From an uncultured Bacillota bacterium (GTDB lineage Bacteria; Bacillota; Clostridia; Lachnospirales; Lachnospiraceae): a stretch of 64,000 bases of DNA. Below are positions 1-7,889 of this stretch, one piece after another (positions within the stretch are counted from its first letter, which is position 1; the number at the start of each line of letters is the position of its first letter). Under the pieces are notes generated by a model. That model saw only the letters and a program-made list of their open reading frames with translations, ran no database searches and had not been told where the DNA came from. The stretch covers positions 151 to 64,150 of the forward strand of contig CAJKMA010000003.1 in assembly GCA_905200905.1 (NCBI GenBank), written 5' to 3'. The position numbers and the translations under genes are program-made.

Positions 1-9
1 CTCTGTTTA

Positions 10-135
10 ATCTTAGCGAGCAGACCCTTTGTATCCACAAACGGTAAAACTGTCGCAATCCGTATCGTCTTAGCGAGCAGTGTATTTGGGTAGCCACAAC
101 TACCAAATACCTCGTTAGGATTACATCCTAAGACC
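10..135 (-). repeat. oriT-like site A (inverted counterpart of 6423-6558)
   Basis: CTTAGCGAGCAG at 12-23 and 69-80; inverted repeats GTATTTGG(82-89)/CCAAATAC(103-110) and TTAGGAT(115-121)/ATCCTAA(125-131); same architecture as 6423-6558 on the opposite strand. oriT function is inference. Confidence 0.55.
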
Positions 136-165
136 TGTGTTTTGATAATGCAATTATGAAACCCA

Positions 166-195
166 TTGACAATTATAGCGCACTGCGCTATAATT
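166..195 (+). promoter_or_regulatory. Consensus sigma-A promoter of the M.HhaI-like gene, overlapping a 25-bp palindrome with two GCGC sites
   Basis: TTGACA 166-171, 17-bp spacer, TATAAT 189-194; AATTATAGCGCA-C-TGCGCTATAATT 171-195; GGAGG RBS before ATG 224. Confidence 0.85.
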
Positions 196-223
196 ACTGT
201 CAGTAACAAGTTGGAGGATTATT

Positions 224-1201
224 ATGATAACTATTGATAAACTGTATTTTAAAAACTGGAAATTTATCGATTTATTTGCGGGACTTGGCGGTTTTAGACT
301 TGCACTTGAATCCTTGGGGGCTGAATGTGTATATTCAAATGAATGGGATATTCCAGCACAAGAAGTTTATTATGAAAATTTTGGTGATGTTCCTGAAGGC
401 GATATTACTAAAGTAGATGAGACAACAATACCTGACCACGATATATTATGTGCAGGTTTTCCTTGCCAAGCATTTTCTATCAGTGGAAAACAAAGAGGTT
501 TTGAAGATAGTAGAGGTACTCTGTTTTTTGATGTTGCTCGTATTGTTAAAGAGAAGAAACCGAAAATTGTTTTTATGGAAAATGTAAAGAATTTTGCAAC
601 ACACGATGGTGGAAAAACACTTGAAGTGGTAAAAGGAACTATGGAAGAATTAGGATATACGTTCAACCAACGGGTGCTCAATTCTGTTGATTATGGTGTA
701 CCACAGAAAAGGGAAAGAATTTATATGGTGTGCTTTAGAAACGATATCATCACTAAGAATTTTGCATTTCCAAAAGCGATGAAACTTACAAAGCACGTAG
801 AAGATTTTTTGTTAGAAGATACTTCATTGACAGAACACTTATATGTAAATCGAGTGGATACTTATTATAATGATACGAAAGACGATGTATACAGCAATAA
901 ATCTATTCGTCTAGGTATCGTTAATAAAGGTGGTCAGGGAGAACGAATTTATAGTACAAAAGGGATAGCCATTACATTTTCTGCTTATGGTGGCGGTGTT
1001 TTTGCTAAAACAGGTGGTTATTTAGTTAACGGACAACCACGAAGATTACATCCGAGAGAATGTGCTAGACTAATGGGATATCCGGATTCTTATAAAATAA
1101 GCAAAAAAGCAAATCAAGCATATCAACAGTTTGGAAACTCTGTGGTTATAGATGTTCTTCAATATATTGGTATTGAAATGGGAAAGGCATTAGAGGCGTA
1201 A
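224..1201 (+). CDS. DNA (cytosine-5) methyltransferase, M.HhaI-like (predicted GCGC)
   Basis: FAGLGG, PCQ, ENV, QKRERIY motifs; TRD segment GIVNKGGQGERIYSTKGIAITFSAYGGG closely matches M.HhaI as recalled. Confidence 0.92.
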   Translation: MITIDKLYFKNWKFIDLFAGLGGFRLALESLGAECVYSNEWDIPAQEVYYENFGDVPEGDITKVDETTIPDHDILCAGFPCQAFSISGKQRGFEDSRGTLFFDVARIVKEKKPKIVFMENVKNFATHDGGKTLEVVKGTMEELGYTFNQRVLNSVDYGVPQKRERIYMVCFRNDIITKNFAFPKAMKLTKHVEDFLLEDTSLTEHLYVNRVDTYYNDTKDDVYSNKSIRLGIVNKGGQGERIYSTKGIAITFSAYGGGVFAKTGGYLVNGQPRRLHPRECARLMGYPDSYKISKKANQAYQQFGNSVVIDVLQYIGIEMGKALEA

Positions 1202-1204
1202 AAA

Positions 1205-1501
1205 ATGAATGAGGTTGATTTTAGAAATTGGTTAGTAAAAAATAATGTAAATCGAAAAGTTCAAAGTGATATTGTTTCCAGAATTAAAAAGGTTGAAAAA
1301 GAAATAGAAAACTGCGATATTGACGAGCAATATCGCAGTGACCGATGTGAATATTTAATGTCCTTATTTTTAAATATGGGTTTAAATGATGAAATGAAAA
1401 AATATCCAAATGCTAAATTCCCATTTGGAAAGTATCATATGAGTACCTTTAGGCACGCAATTAAATACTATATTAGCTTTTGTGATGAGTCTTGTTTTTA
1501 A
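1205..1501 (+). CDS. Small helical hypothetical protein co-transcribed with the MTase
   Basis: 98-aa ORF starting 3 bp after the MTase stop; overlaps the convergent REase stop by 4 bp. Confidence 0.7.
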   Translation: MNEVDFRNWLVKNNVNRKVQSDIVSRIKKVEKEIENCDIDEQYRSDRCEYLMSLFLNMGLNDEMKKYPNAKFPFGKYHMSTFRHAIKYYISFCDESCF

Positions 1502-2289
1502 AGGTCAGATTCAAATTCTTCTAAATCATTTTCATCCTGAGTTTTAATAAGTTCAATAGAGAAAATGACATTCATATTGTATGTGTTAGATAATCTTCGC
1601 ACTTCATAGTCGCCGGAATTTTGTTCTGAAAGATAATATGTATAGTCCCCCATAATAAATCTGTCTTTATTAATTCTTTCAGATATATCAACAAAAAGTT
1701 TCTTTTCTTCTTGAGAAAATCGTGCTGTAGCGTAGTACGCTTTTATCATTTGTTTTATGGCAGGAATGTCCCTTTTAGCAGGTTCGCCTGAGCCACTTTT
1801 CTTTATACGGTAGTTGGCAATAATATTAAAATATTGTTCGAACTTGCGAATTGGGAAAATGACATAATCTCTATCACAACTGATGACATACTTAACATTT
1901 TTATCTTTGTAATGTTCAATAATCCAATCAGCGAAAACACCCGTATCAATATCTAATGATTGTCCGGCTGTTCCTGCGTTATTAAAACGTTGAAAATCAC
2001 TATTCATATAATCGATAATGATGTCCGTCATTTCATTTGGTTCGCTATGATTGCGTGGTGAAAAAACAAAGACTTCTCTTTCTTCATCAGGCAATAATAC
2101 AAACTGTCCTGATTGAGCTGATGCATCTTTTGCTTCGATATAAAAATCGATTCTTCCGTTTTTAATAGCGGCAATATCTGATTTTGTGGAATCCATACCA
2201 CCTTCGTGGTGGAAATCAGTTTCTTTTGTTTTGTAAAACTTTTTTAAGTATTCATAACAACGTAATTCGAATTGTTCTCCTGGTCTCAT
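1498..2289 (-). CDS. Type II restriction endonuclease, R.HhaI-like (PD-(D/E)xK)
   Basis: DSTKSDI...FYIEAK..SAQSGQFVL, YRIKKSGS and LSNTYNMNVIFSI resemble R.HhaI as recalled; lies between two C5 MTases. Confidence 0.8.
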   Translation of the reverse strand: MRPGEQFELRCYEYLKKFYKTKETDFHHEGGMDSTKSDIAAIKNGRIDFYIEAKDASAQSGQFVLLPDEEREVFVFSPRNHSEPNEMTDIIIDYMNSDFQRFNNAGTAGQSLDIDTGVFADWIIEHYKDKNVKYVISCDRDYVIFPIRKFEQYFNIIANYRIKKSGSGEPAKRDIPAIKQMIKAYYATARFSQEEKKLFVDISERINKDRFIMGDYTYYLSEQNSGDYEVRRLSNTYNMNVIFSIELIKTQDENDLEEFESDL

Positions 2290-3269
2290 TGCACATATTC
2301 CTCCTTTGAATCTAAAAAATTTATTATACTATTTCTTAATGCTTGTATGACATTGACTGTCATAGCATTACCTGCTTGCATTAGCAAGTGACGGTCGGTA
2401 ACATCATTTTTCACTTTGTCAGCATATTCTTTAGGAAAGCCTTGAAGTAAAAGTGCTTCATAACCTGTCAATTGGTAAATCGCACCATTCTTTACATATA
2501 AAACCCCATCACGCTGGGCTCTTAATGTAGGACATTTTTCGGTATAAATGCGTAAATCATTCATTCTGGTATCTATAATTTTTCCTTCCATAGTGCGTAT
2601 ATCATCAACAGAATATTTGCCAGCATTTGTAGGATTGTTTAAGTAGTGTTTTAAAATGTTCAATCTTTCATCATTTGCAAGGTTATTATCGATTAGGTAA
2701 TTCGATAATGCTGGGGTTAAAACAGGCTCTGGCCATTTAAATTTGGAGTAATCGAACCCGAGCGATGTTTTGAAACCTACAAAATAGACACGTTGACGCA
2801 TTTGAGGAACTCCATACTCCAAGCTAGTCAAAACACGATAAGATACTGTATAGCCTGAAGTGGTTAATTCATCCAGAATCACTTTTATTGTTTTACCTTT
2901 GTCGTGTGTTACAAGACCTTTTACATTTTCCAATATAAAACACGTTGGCTGTGTCTCTCGTAGTATTCTTGAAAGTTGGAAAATTATTTGCCCACGGTCA
3001 TCAGAAAAACCATCTTGTCGCCCGATAACAGAGAAAGTCTGACAGGGAAAACCTGCAATTAACAAATCGAAAGCAGGAATTTTATCTCCTGTAATCTTTT
3101 TTAAATTACCGTAATTAATATCATTTTCTGTATTATGCATTAAACGATACGTTGTATCAGCCAGTCTGCTAGTTTCAGAACGTCCAACACATTCTAAGCC
3201 TGCTTGTTCCAACCCTAATCTTCCTCCTCCGATGCCCGAGCAGAAGTCAAAAAAGGTTTTAATCTTCAT
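2286..3269 (-). CDS. Second DNA (cytosine-5) methyltransferase, resembling the Helicobacter GCGC MTase M.Hpy99III family
   Basis: DFCSGIGGGRLGLE, PCQ, ENV, DTRxxDLRxY..PTLR, QAGNAMTVNV; start moved to ATG 3269 (GGAGG RBS inside the C gene). Confidence 0.88.
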   Translation of the reverse strand: MKIKTFFDFCSGIGGGRLGLEQAGLECVGRSETSRLADTTYRLMHNTENDINYGNLKKITGDKIPAFDLLIAGFPCQTFSVIGRQDGFSDDRGQIIFQLSRILRETQPTCFILENVKGLVTHDKGKTIKVILDELTTSGYTVSYRVLTSLEYGVPQMRQRVYFVGFKTSLGFDYSKFKWPEPVLTPALSNYLIDNNLANDERLNILKHYLNNPTNAGKYSVDDIRTMEGKIIDTRMNDLRIYTEKCPTLRAQRDGVLYVKNGAIYQLTGYEALLLQGFPKEYADKVKNDVTDRHLLMQAGNAMTVNVIQALRNSIINFLDSKEEYVQ

Positions 3270-3483
3270 TGCGAATATCCTCCACAAGTAATTTGTATGC
3301 TTCAATGTCAAGCGCATCAGCTATTCGCTGAATGTTTTCCAAAGAAATACTTCTACGATAACATTCAATAGCACTAATATAAGTACGATGCATACCACAT
3401 TTATCTGCAAATGCTTCTTGTGATATTCCCATATCAGTGCGATATTTCTTTAAGTTAGTTCCAAATACTTTTACAATATCCAT
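3259..3483 (-). CDS. XRE-family HTH protein, RM controller (C protein)-like
   Basis: SQEAFADKCGMHRTYISAIE..RRSISLENI; first gene of the C-M-R operon; C-box-like site upstream. Confidence 0.85.
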   Translation of the reverse strand: MDIVKVFGTNLKKYRTDMGISQEAFADKCGMHRTYISAIECYRRSISLENIQRIADALDIEAYKLLVEDIRNED

Positions 3484-3523
3484 AGTTGCACTCCTCCTGA
3501 TTTTATATCATAATAAAATTGCA

Positions 3524-3549
3524 TACTATAAGTCTACATACAATAAGTA
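3524..3549 (-). promoter_or_regulatory. Tandem C-box-like operator between the divergent C gene and gajA
   Basis: Minus strand TACTTATTGTA-tgta-GACTTATAGTA, an 11-4-11 arrangement resembling the GACT-TAT-AGTC C-box. Confidence 0.65.
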
Positions 3550-3568
3550 TCAAGGAAGGGATTATAAA

Positions 3569-5212
3569 ATGGCTATACAAAAAGTAAAAATCCGAAATTT
3601 TAAGTGTTTCAAAGGAATTTTTGAATTAGAATTAAATAAAGGCTTGAATATTCTCGTTGGTAATAACGAAACAGGAAAATCGACGATTTTGGAAGCAATA
3701 CATATTGCACTTACAGGATTGTACGGTGGCAGAAATATTAGAAATGAACTATCCCAATATCTTTTTAATAAAGACGTTGTGGATATGTATATAGAATCCG
3801 TCAATAAAGGGGTCCCTTTTCCGCCACCAACAATTGAGATTGAAATTTTTTTTGACGGTTCTATTGATGCAGAATATGAAGGAAACGAAAATTCGGAACG
3901 ACTTTCTTGTGAAGGATTAAAATTTGAAATTGCCTTTAATGAAAAATATAGCAATGAATATAATACACTTATTGCGAAGAAGAATATGATGAGTATTCCA
4001 ATCGAATATTACGAAGCATCTTGGACTTCGTTTGCAAGGCAAGCAGTTACCATTCGCAGTATTCCAGTAAAATCAGCAATGATTGATTCTTCTAATTATC
4101 GCTATCAAAATGGTTCTGATGTATATATTTCGAGAATTGTAAAAGATTTGCTTTCGCCAGAGGAAGTAACTGCGGTTTCTCAGGCTCACAGGAAAATGAA
4201 AGATACTTTTATTGATGATAATTCCATCAAGGCAATTAATGAGCGAATAAGTAAAGAATCTTCGATAGTTGACGGAACAGTTTCATTGACGGTGGATTTA
4301 GGAACAAAAAATGCGTGGGAAAGTAGTTTGGTCACACAATTAAATGATGTACCATTTGGATACATTGGAAAAGGAGCCCAATGTGTAATGAAAACTGAAC
4401 TCGCATTAACACACAAAAATACGCAGCATTCACAAATAGTTCTTTTGGAAGAACCTGAAAGTCATTTGTCATATTCCAAGCTAAATCAATTGATTAAAGC
4501 TATTGAAGAAAGGTATGACAACAAACAGATTATCATTTCAACACATAGTAGTTTTGTAGCAAATAAGTTGGGGCTGGAAAATTTGTTGTTATTGGATAAC
4601 AAACGAGTTGCACGAATAACAGAACTTCCTTCATCGGAGTTCTTTAAAAAAATTTCCGGATATGATACATTACGTCTAATCTTATGTAAAAAAGCTATAT
4701 TAGTTGAAGGCGATTCAGATGAGCTTGTGGTTCAAAAAGCGTATAAAGATGCAAATGGTAACCATTTACCTATCGAAGACCAAATTGATGTAATTTCAGT
4801 AGGCACTTCATTTTTGCGTTTTCTTGAATTGGCGAATGCTCTGAAGCTAAATGTTGTGGTTGTAACAGACAATGATGGTAATGTCACTGCACTCGAAAAG
4901 AAATACGAACAATATATAAAATCAAACAAAAAAGAAAGTATTAAAATATGCTACGATGACGTTGTGGATACAGGAACTCTTACGATTGGCGAAAAGCCAT
5001 ATAATTACAATACTCTTGAACCGAAACTATTAAAAGCAAATGGCAATAATGTAAGTTTATTTAACAAGATTCTTCGAACAGACTGTCAAGACATTGATGA
5101 ACTGCGAAAGTATATGAAAAACCACAAGACAGATGTGGCATTGGCAATTTTTGAAACGGATGAAGACATAAAGTTTCCGGAATATATTTTGGAGGCAATA
5201 AAAAATGAGTAA
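3569..5212 (+). CDS. gajA: Gabija GajA-like OLD-family nuclease (ABC ATPase + TOPRIM)
   Basis: Walker A GNNETGKST, Walker B LLEEPESHL, STHS, TOPRIM VEGDSD and DND; start placed at ATG 3569 after AAGGAAGGG. Confidence 0.82.
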   Translation: MAIQKVKIRNFKCFKGIFELELNKGLNILVGNNETGKSTILEAIHIALTGLYGGRNIRNELSQYLFNKDVVDMYIESVNKGVPFPPPTIEIEIFFDGSIDAEYEGNENSERLSCEGLKFEIAFNEKYSNEYNTLIAKKNMMSIPIEYYEASWTSFARQAVTIRSIPVKSAMIDSSNYRYQNGSDVYISRIVKDLLSPEEVTAVSQAHRKMKDTFIDDNSIKAINERISKESSIVDGTVSLTVDLGTKNAWESSLVTQLNDVPFGYIGKGAQCVMKTELALTHKNTQHSQIVLLEEPESHLSYSKLNQLIKAIEERYDNKQIIISTHSSFVANKLGLENLLLLDNKRVARITELPSSEFFKKISGYDTLRLILCKKAILVEGDSDELVVQKAYKDANGNHLPIEDQIDVISVGTSFLRFLELANALKLNVVVVTDNDGNVTALEKKYEQYIKSNKKESIKICYDDVVDTGTLTIGEKPYNYNTLEPKLLKANGNNVSLFNKILRTDCQDIDELRKYMKNHKTDVALAIFETDEDIKFPEYILEAIKNE

Positions 5213-6320
5213 TAAATTGATTATCGCTGCCGCTGGTTCTGGAAAAACTACGCATCTTGTCAAGGAAGCTTTAAAAATTACCGATTCACGAGTTCTTATA
5301 ACTACATATACAGAAGCAAACGAAAATGAGATAAAAAAGAAATTTTATGCAATAAACGGATGCATTCCAGAAAATATTACCATACAAACGTGGTTCTCTT
5401 TCTTGATACAACACGGAGTAAAACCATACCAGAGCGTGATTTATAATGGTAAAGTCAAGGGATTATTACTAATGAATACAAAATCAGGTTTTCGTTTCCG
5501 AGGTAAAAACGGGCAACCTGTATATTTTGGAGAGAGTGACCCTCAAAATTACTATTTCAACAAATCACAACTTATATATTCTGATAAACTTTCCAAATTT
5601 GTTGTTAAGGCAAATGAATTGACAGAGGGGTTGGTTATTAAAAGAATCGGTAAAATATATTCTCATATCTTTATTGATGAAATACAGGATATGGCAGGTT
5701 ATGATTTAGAGATTATTAAACAGTTATTCTCGTTAAATTCAGAGATATTATTGGTTGGAGATCCTCGTCAAGTCACATATCATACTCACGATGAAGCAAA
5801 GTACAAGAAGTATGTAGATGGTAATATTGTGGAATTCATTAAATGTGAATGCTCCGCATATTCAGTTGACATAGATGAAACAACACTTAATAAATCATAC
5901 AGAAACAATGAACCAATATGTAATTTTGCCAATTCAATTTATAGCAATTTTTGCCCGTGTGAATTTGCTGAACACAAACCTACTGGACACGATGGAGTTT
6001 TCTTTATATCTCCAAATGATGTTGAGAAATATTTATCAACATATCAACCTATGCAATTAAGAGATACGAGAAAAACAACAGTTAATGTAAATTATCCAGT
6101 CATAAATCTTGGTGAATCAAAAGGACTGACTTTTGATAGAGTTTTAATATATCCTACATCAACAATGATGAATTGGGTACTAGACCATAACAACGAAATG
6201 GTATCCAAAACAAAATCAAAATTTTATGTAGGCGTTACCAGAGCAAAACATAGCGTAGCCATAGTTTTTGATAACAAAAAAGGCATTGAGGTATCGGGAA
6301 TAACAAATTTTTCGTTTTGA
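5205..6320 (+). CDS. gajB: Gabija GajB-like short UvrD helicase
   Basis: AAAGSGKT, DEIQD, GDPRQ, SYRN, SKGLTFD, YVGVTRAK; overlaps the gajA stop. Confidence 0.82.
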   Translation: MSNKLIIAAAGSGKTTHLVKEALKITDSRVLITTYTEANENEIKKKFYAINGCIPENITIQTWFSFLIQHGVKPYQSVIYNGKVKGLLLMNTKSGFRFRGKNGQPVYFGESDPQNYYFNKSQLIYSDKLSKFVVKANELTEGLVIKRIGKIYSHIFIDEIQDMAGYDLEIIKQLFSLNSEILLVGDPRQVTYHTHDEAKYKKYVDGNIVEFIKCECSAYSVDIDETTLNKSYRNNEPICNFANSIYSNFCPCEFAEHKPTGHDGVFFISPNDVEKYLSTYQPMQLRDTRKTTVNVNYPVINLGESKGLTFDRVLIYPTSTMMNWVLDHNNEMVSKTKSKFYVGVTRAKHSVAIVFDNKKGIEVSGITNFSF

Positions 6321-6366
6321 GTATAACAATCTTTTAGAATACAGACTCAAAGAACCTAAAATAAGT

Positions 6367-6404
6367 ATAGGCATTTATCAATTTTGATAGGTGTCTATTT
6401 TTTT
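6367..6404 (+). terminator. Intrinsic terminator after gajB
   Basis: ATAGGCATTTATCA/TGATAGGTGTCTAT stem (with G-U pairs) followed by a T-run. Confidence 0.7.
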
Positions 6405-6422
6405 GTTCATTTTTAATCACAA

Positions 6423-6558
6423 AGGGTTTCAGGGATTTTCCCTGACGAGTACCGTTTTGGAGCCACAGGAGTAAAAACAGTCTGCTCGCTAAGATGTTGC
6501 AGTACATCGGGCGGCAGGCTGTTTTTTTATATGTGGATAACCAAAGGGTCTGCTCGCT
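6423..6558 (+). repeat. oriT-like site B
   Basis: TCAGGGA/TCCCTGA hairpin 6429-6445, CTGCTCGCTAAG 6482-6493, GTGGATAACCAAAGGGTCTGCTCGCT ending 6558; near reverse complement of motifs at 12-38 and 69-80. Confidence 0.55.
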
Positions 6559-6600
6559 TTTGAATCAAATCAATACAGTAGATACGCTAAATCCGAAGAA

Positions 6601-7141
6601 AATTTTATCGCAATAGGGTGTCATTCGGCGGTGGCAACTCCAAATATGTGAAAGAAATTTTTATACACCCCCCAAAAAAACGCTCTGCCATTTCATACAA
6701 GTAGAGGGATATTTTTTCGACTTAGGGTGTGCATTTGCTATCTCTCAGTGGGAATAAGTGAAGGGAACCTTTTCAAAAGTAGGGTGAACAATTGACCTCT
6801 CACGGTGCGAATTAATGAGAGGATTAAAAATTTTTTGAAGAAAAGACCCTGATAAAATTCTCTCCCGTTTCAAACAAGTAGAGAGATATTTTTTCAAAAC
6901 ACCCGATAATTTGCATTCGCACAGTGGGAACAAGTGAGAGGGATATTTATGAGAAACTTTTCAAATTGTCGGATTTTTCGCCCTTCCCGACGGCTACTCA
7001 TTAGAAAGATTTTTTGAAAATGGTTATATTTTTGCCTTTCCCGATGCCTATTCATTAGAGGGACTTAAAAAATATTTTTCGGATTTTTCATCAAAAACGG
7101 GTGTCTAAAACGCACCCCTTTGTACAAATAAGTGAAAGGAG
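6601..7141 (+). repeat. Array of nine degenerate bipartite units (54-76 bp period), putative promoter/binding-site array
   Basis: Purine-rich cores (AAGTRRAGGG-like) at ~6645, 6699, 6756, 6813, 6876, 6932, 7000, 7054, 7130, each followed by an A/T tract; GGGTG or ACCC 30-32 bp upstream in seven units. Confidence 0.75.
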
Positions 7142-7150
7142 TTTTTTACA

Positions 7151-7360
7151 ATGCCGAGATTATCAAAGAAAGCAAAACAAGAATGGGAGTTCTTCCTGAA
7201 TACCCACACGGGCAGACGTTCCTACAACGACCTCTGCCGCAAATGTCAGAATGACTGCAAACAAAGTTTTAGGGCGATTATCATAAATTGCCCCAAATAC
7301 CACTCTAAAAGAAGCGTGAAAAACGCACCAAATGATAACTATTTTAACGATACGGGTTAG
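7151..7360 (+). CDS. Small basic Cys-rich hypothetical protein (CxxCxxxC...C)
   Basis: 69 aa, GAAAGGAG RBS, CRKCQNDC...C motif. Confidence 0.7.
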   Translation: MPRLSKKAKQEWEFFLNTHTGRRSYNDLCRKCQNDCKQSFRAIIINCPKYHSKRSVKNAPNDNYFNDTG

Positions 7361-7571
7361 GTCAAGGAATTACACTCTTACAAATTTTAATAGCCTTACA
7401 AAAAGAAAAATTGCAGAATTACGCACCCTTTTCATACAGAAAACAAGGTTTGTAACCTGCAAGATGCAAACAAAAATCATTCGGGAAGTCAGCCCTATAA
7501 ATATATAAATAAATATATATTCTCTTACCTCCCGAAAGAAAAGCTTTATTAAAGACAGAAAGGAAACTGTT

Positions 7572-7874
7572 ATGACAGCAAACAAAGTATACACACGTGA
7601 AGAAATGCGTGAGCAAAGAATATACACGGGCGATTATGAATTTATCAATGAAGCAGGCGAATACCTTGCCACTTTGGTAATGCGTGCAGACACAAATTCA
7701 TCAATGCTCCGATTGTTTTTTCGGCTCAATGACGGAAGAAAAATCATTACTCCGGTGTTCTGGTGGCAGAAATATCTTGGCTTTTATGACATCGACAACG
7801 GGACAAAATTAAAACTCATATACAAGGAAAATCCCAATGGCATTTATCTGAATGCAATAGAAATTTTAAGTTAA
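7572..7874 (+). CDS. Hypothetical protein (beta-rich, 100 aa)
   Basis: GAAAGGA RBS; in line with ParB. Confidence 0.7.
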   Translation: MTANKVYTREEMREQRIYTGDYEFINEAGEYLATLVMRADTNSSMLRLFFRLNDGRKIITPVFWWQKYLGFYDIDNGTKLKLIYKENPNGIYLNAIEILS

Positions 7875-7889
7875 AGAGAGGTACTTACA

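Noticed and set aside
3270..3317. Longer start for the second MTase
   Set aside because: RBS and motif I position support ATG 3269
3437..3568. 44-aa N-terminal extension of GajA in the ORF track
   Set aside because: It overlaps the divergent C gene and operator; the ATPase fold and RBS point to ATG 3569
3569..6320. Alternative call as PARIS, Septu or retron-associated ATPase system
   Set aside because: A single ATPase-TOPRIM protein followed by a UvrD helicase fits Gabija; no RT, HNH or separate AriB gene
6745..6933. 62-aa minus-strand ORF inside the array (also 7370-7627 and 7419-7616)
   Set aside because: No RBS or recognisable motif; low-complexity translation; better explained as non-coding
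6601..7141. CRISPR array interpretation of the periodic region
   Set aside because: No identical repeat, the inter-core segments are related to one another, and there are no cas genes in the window
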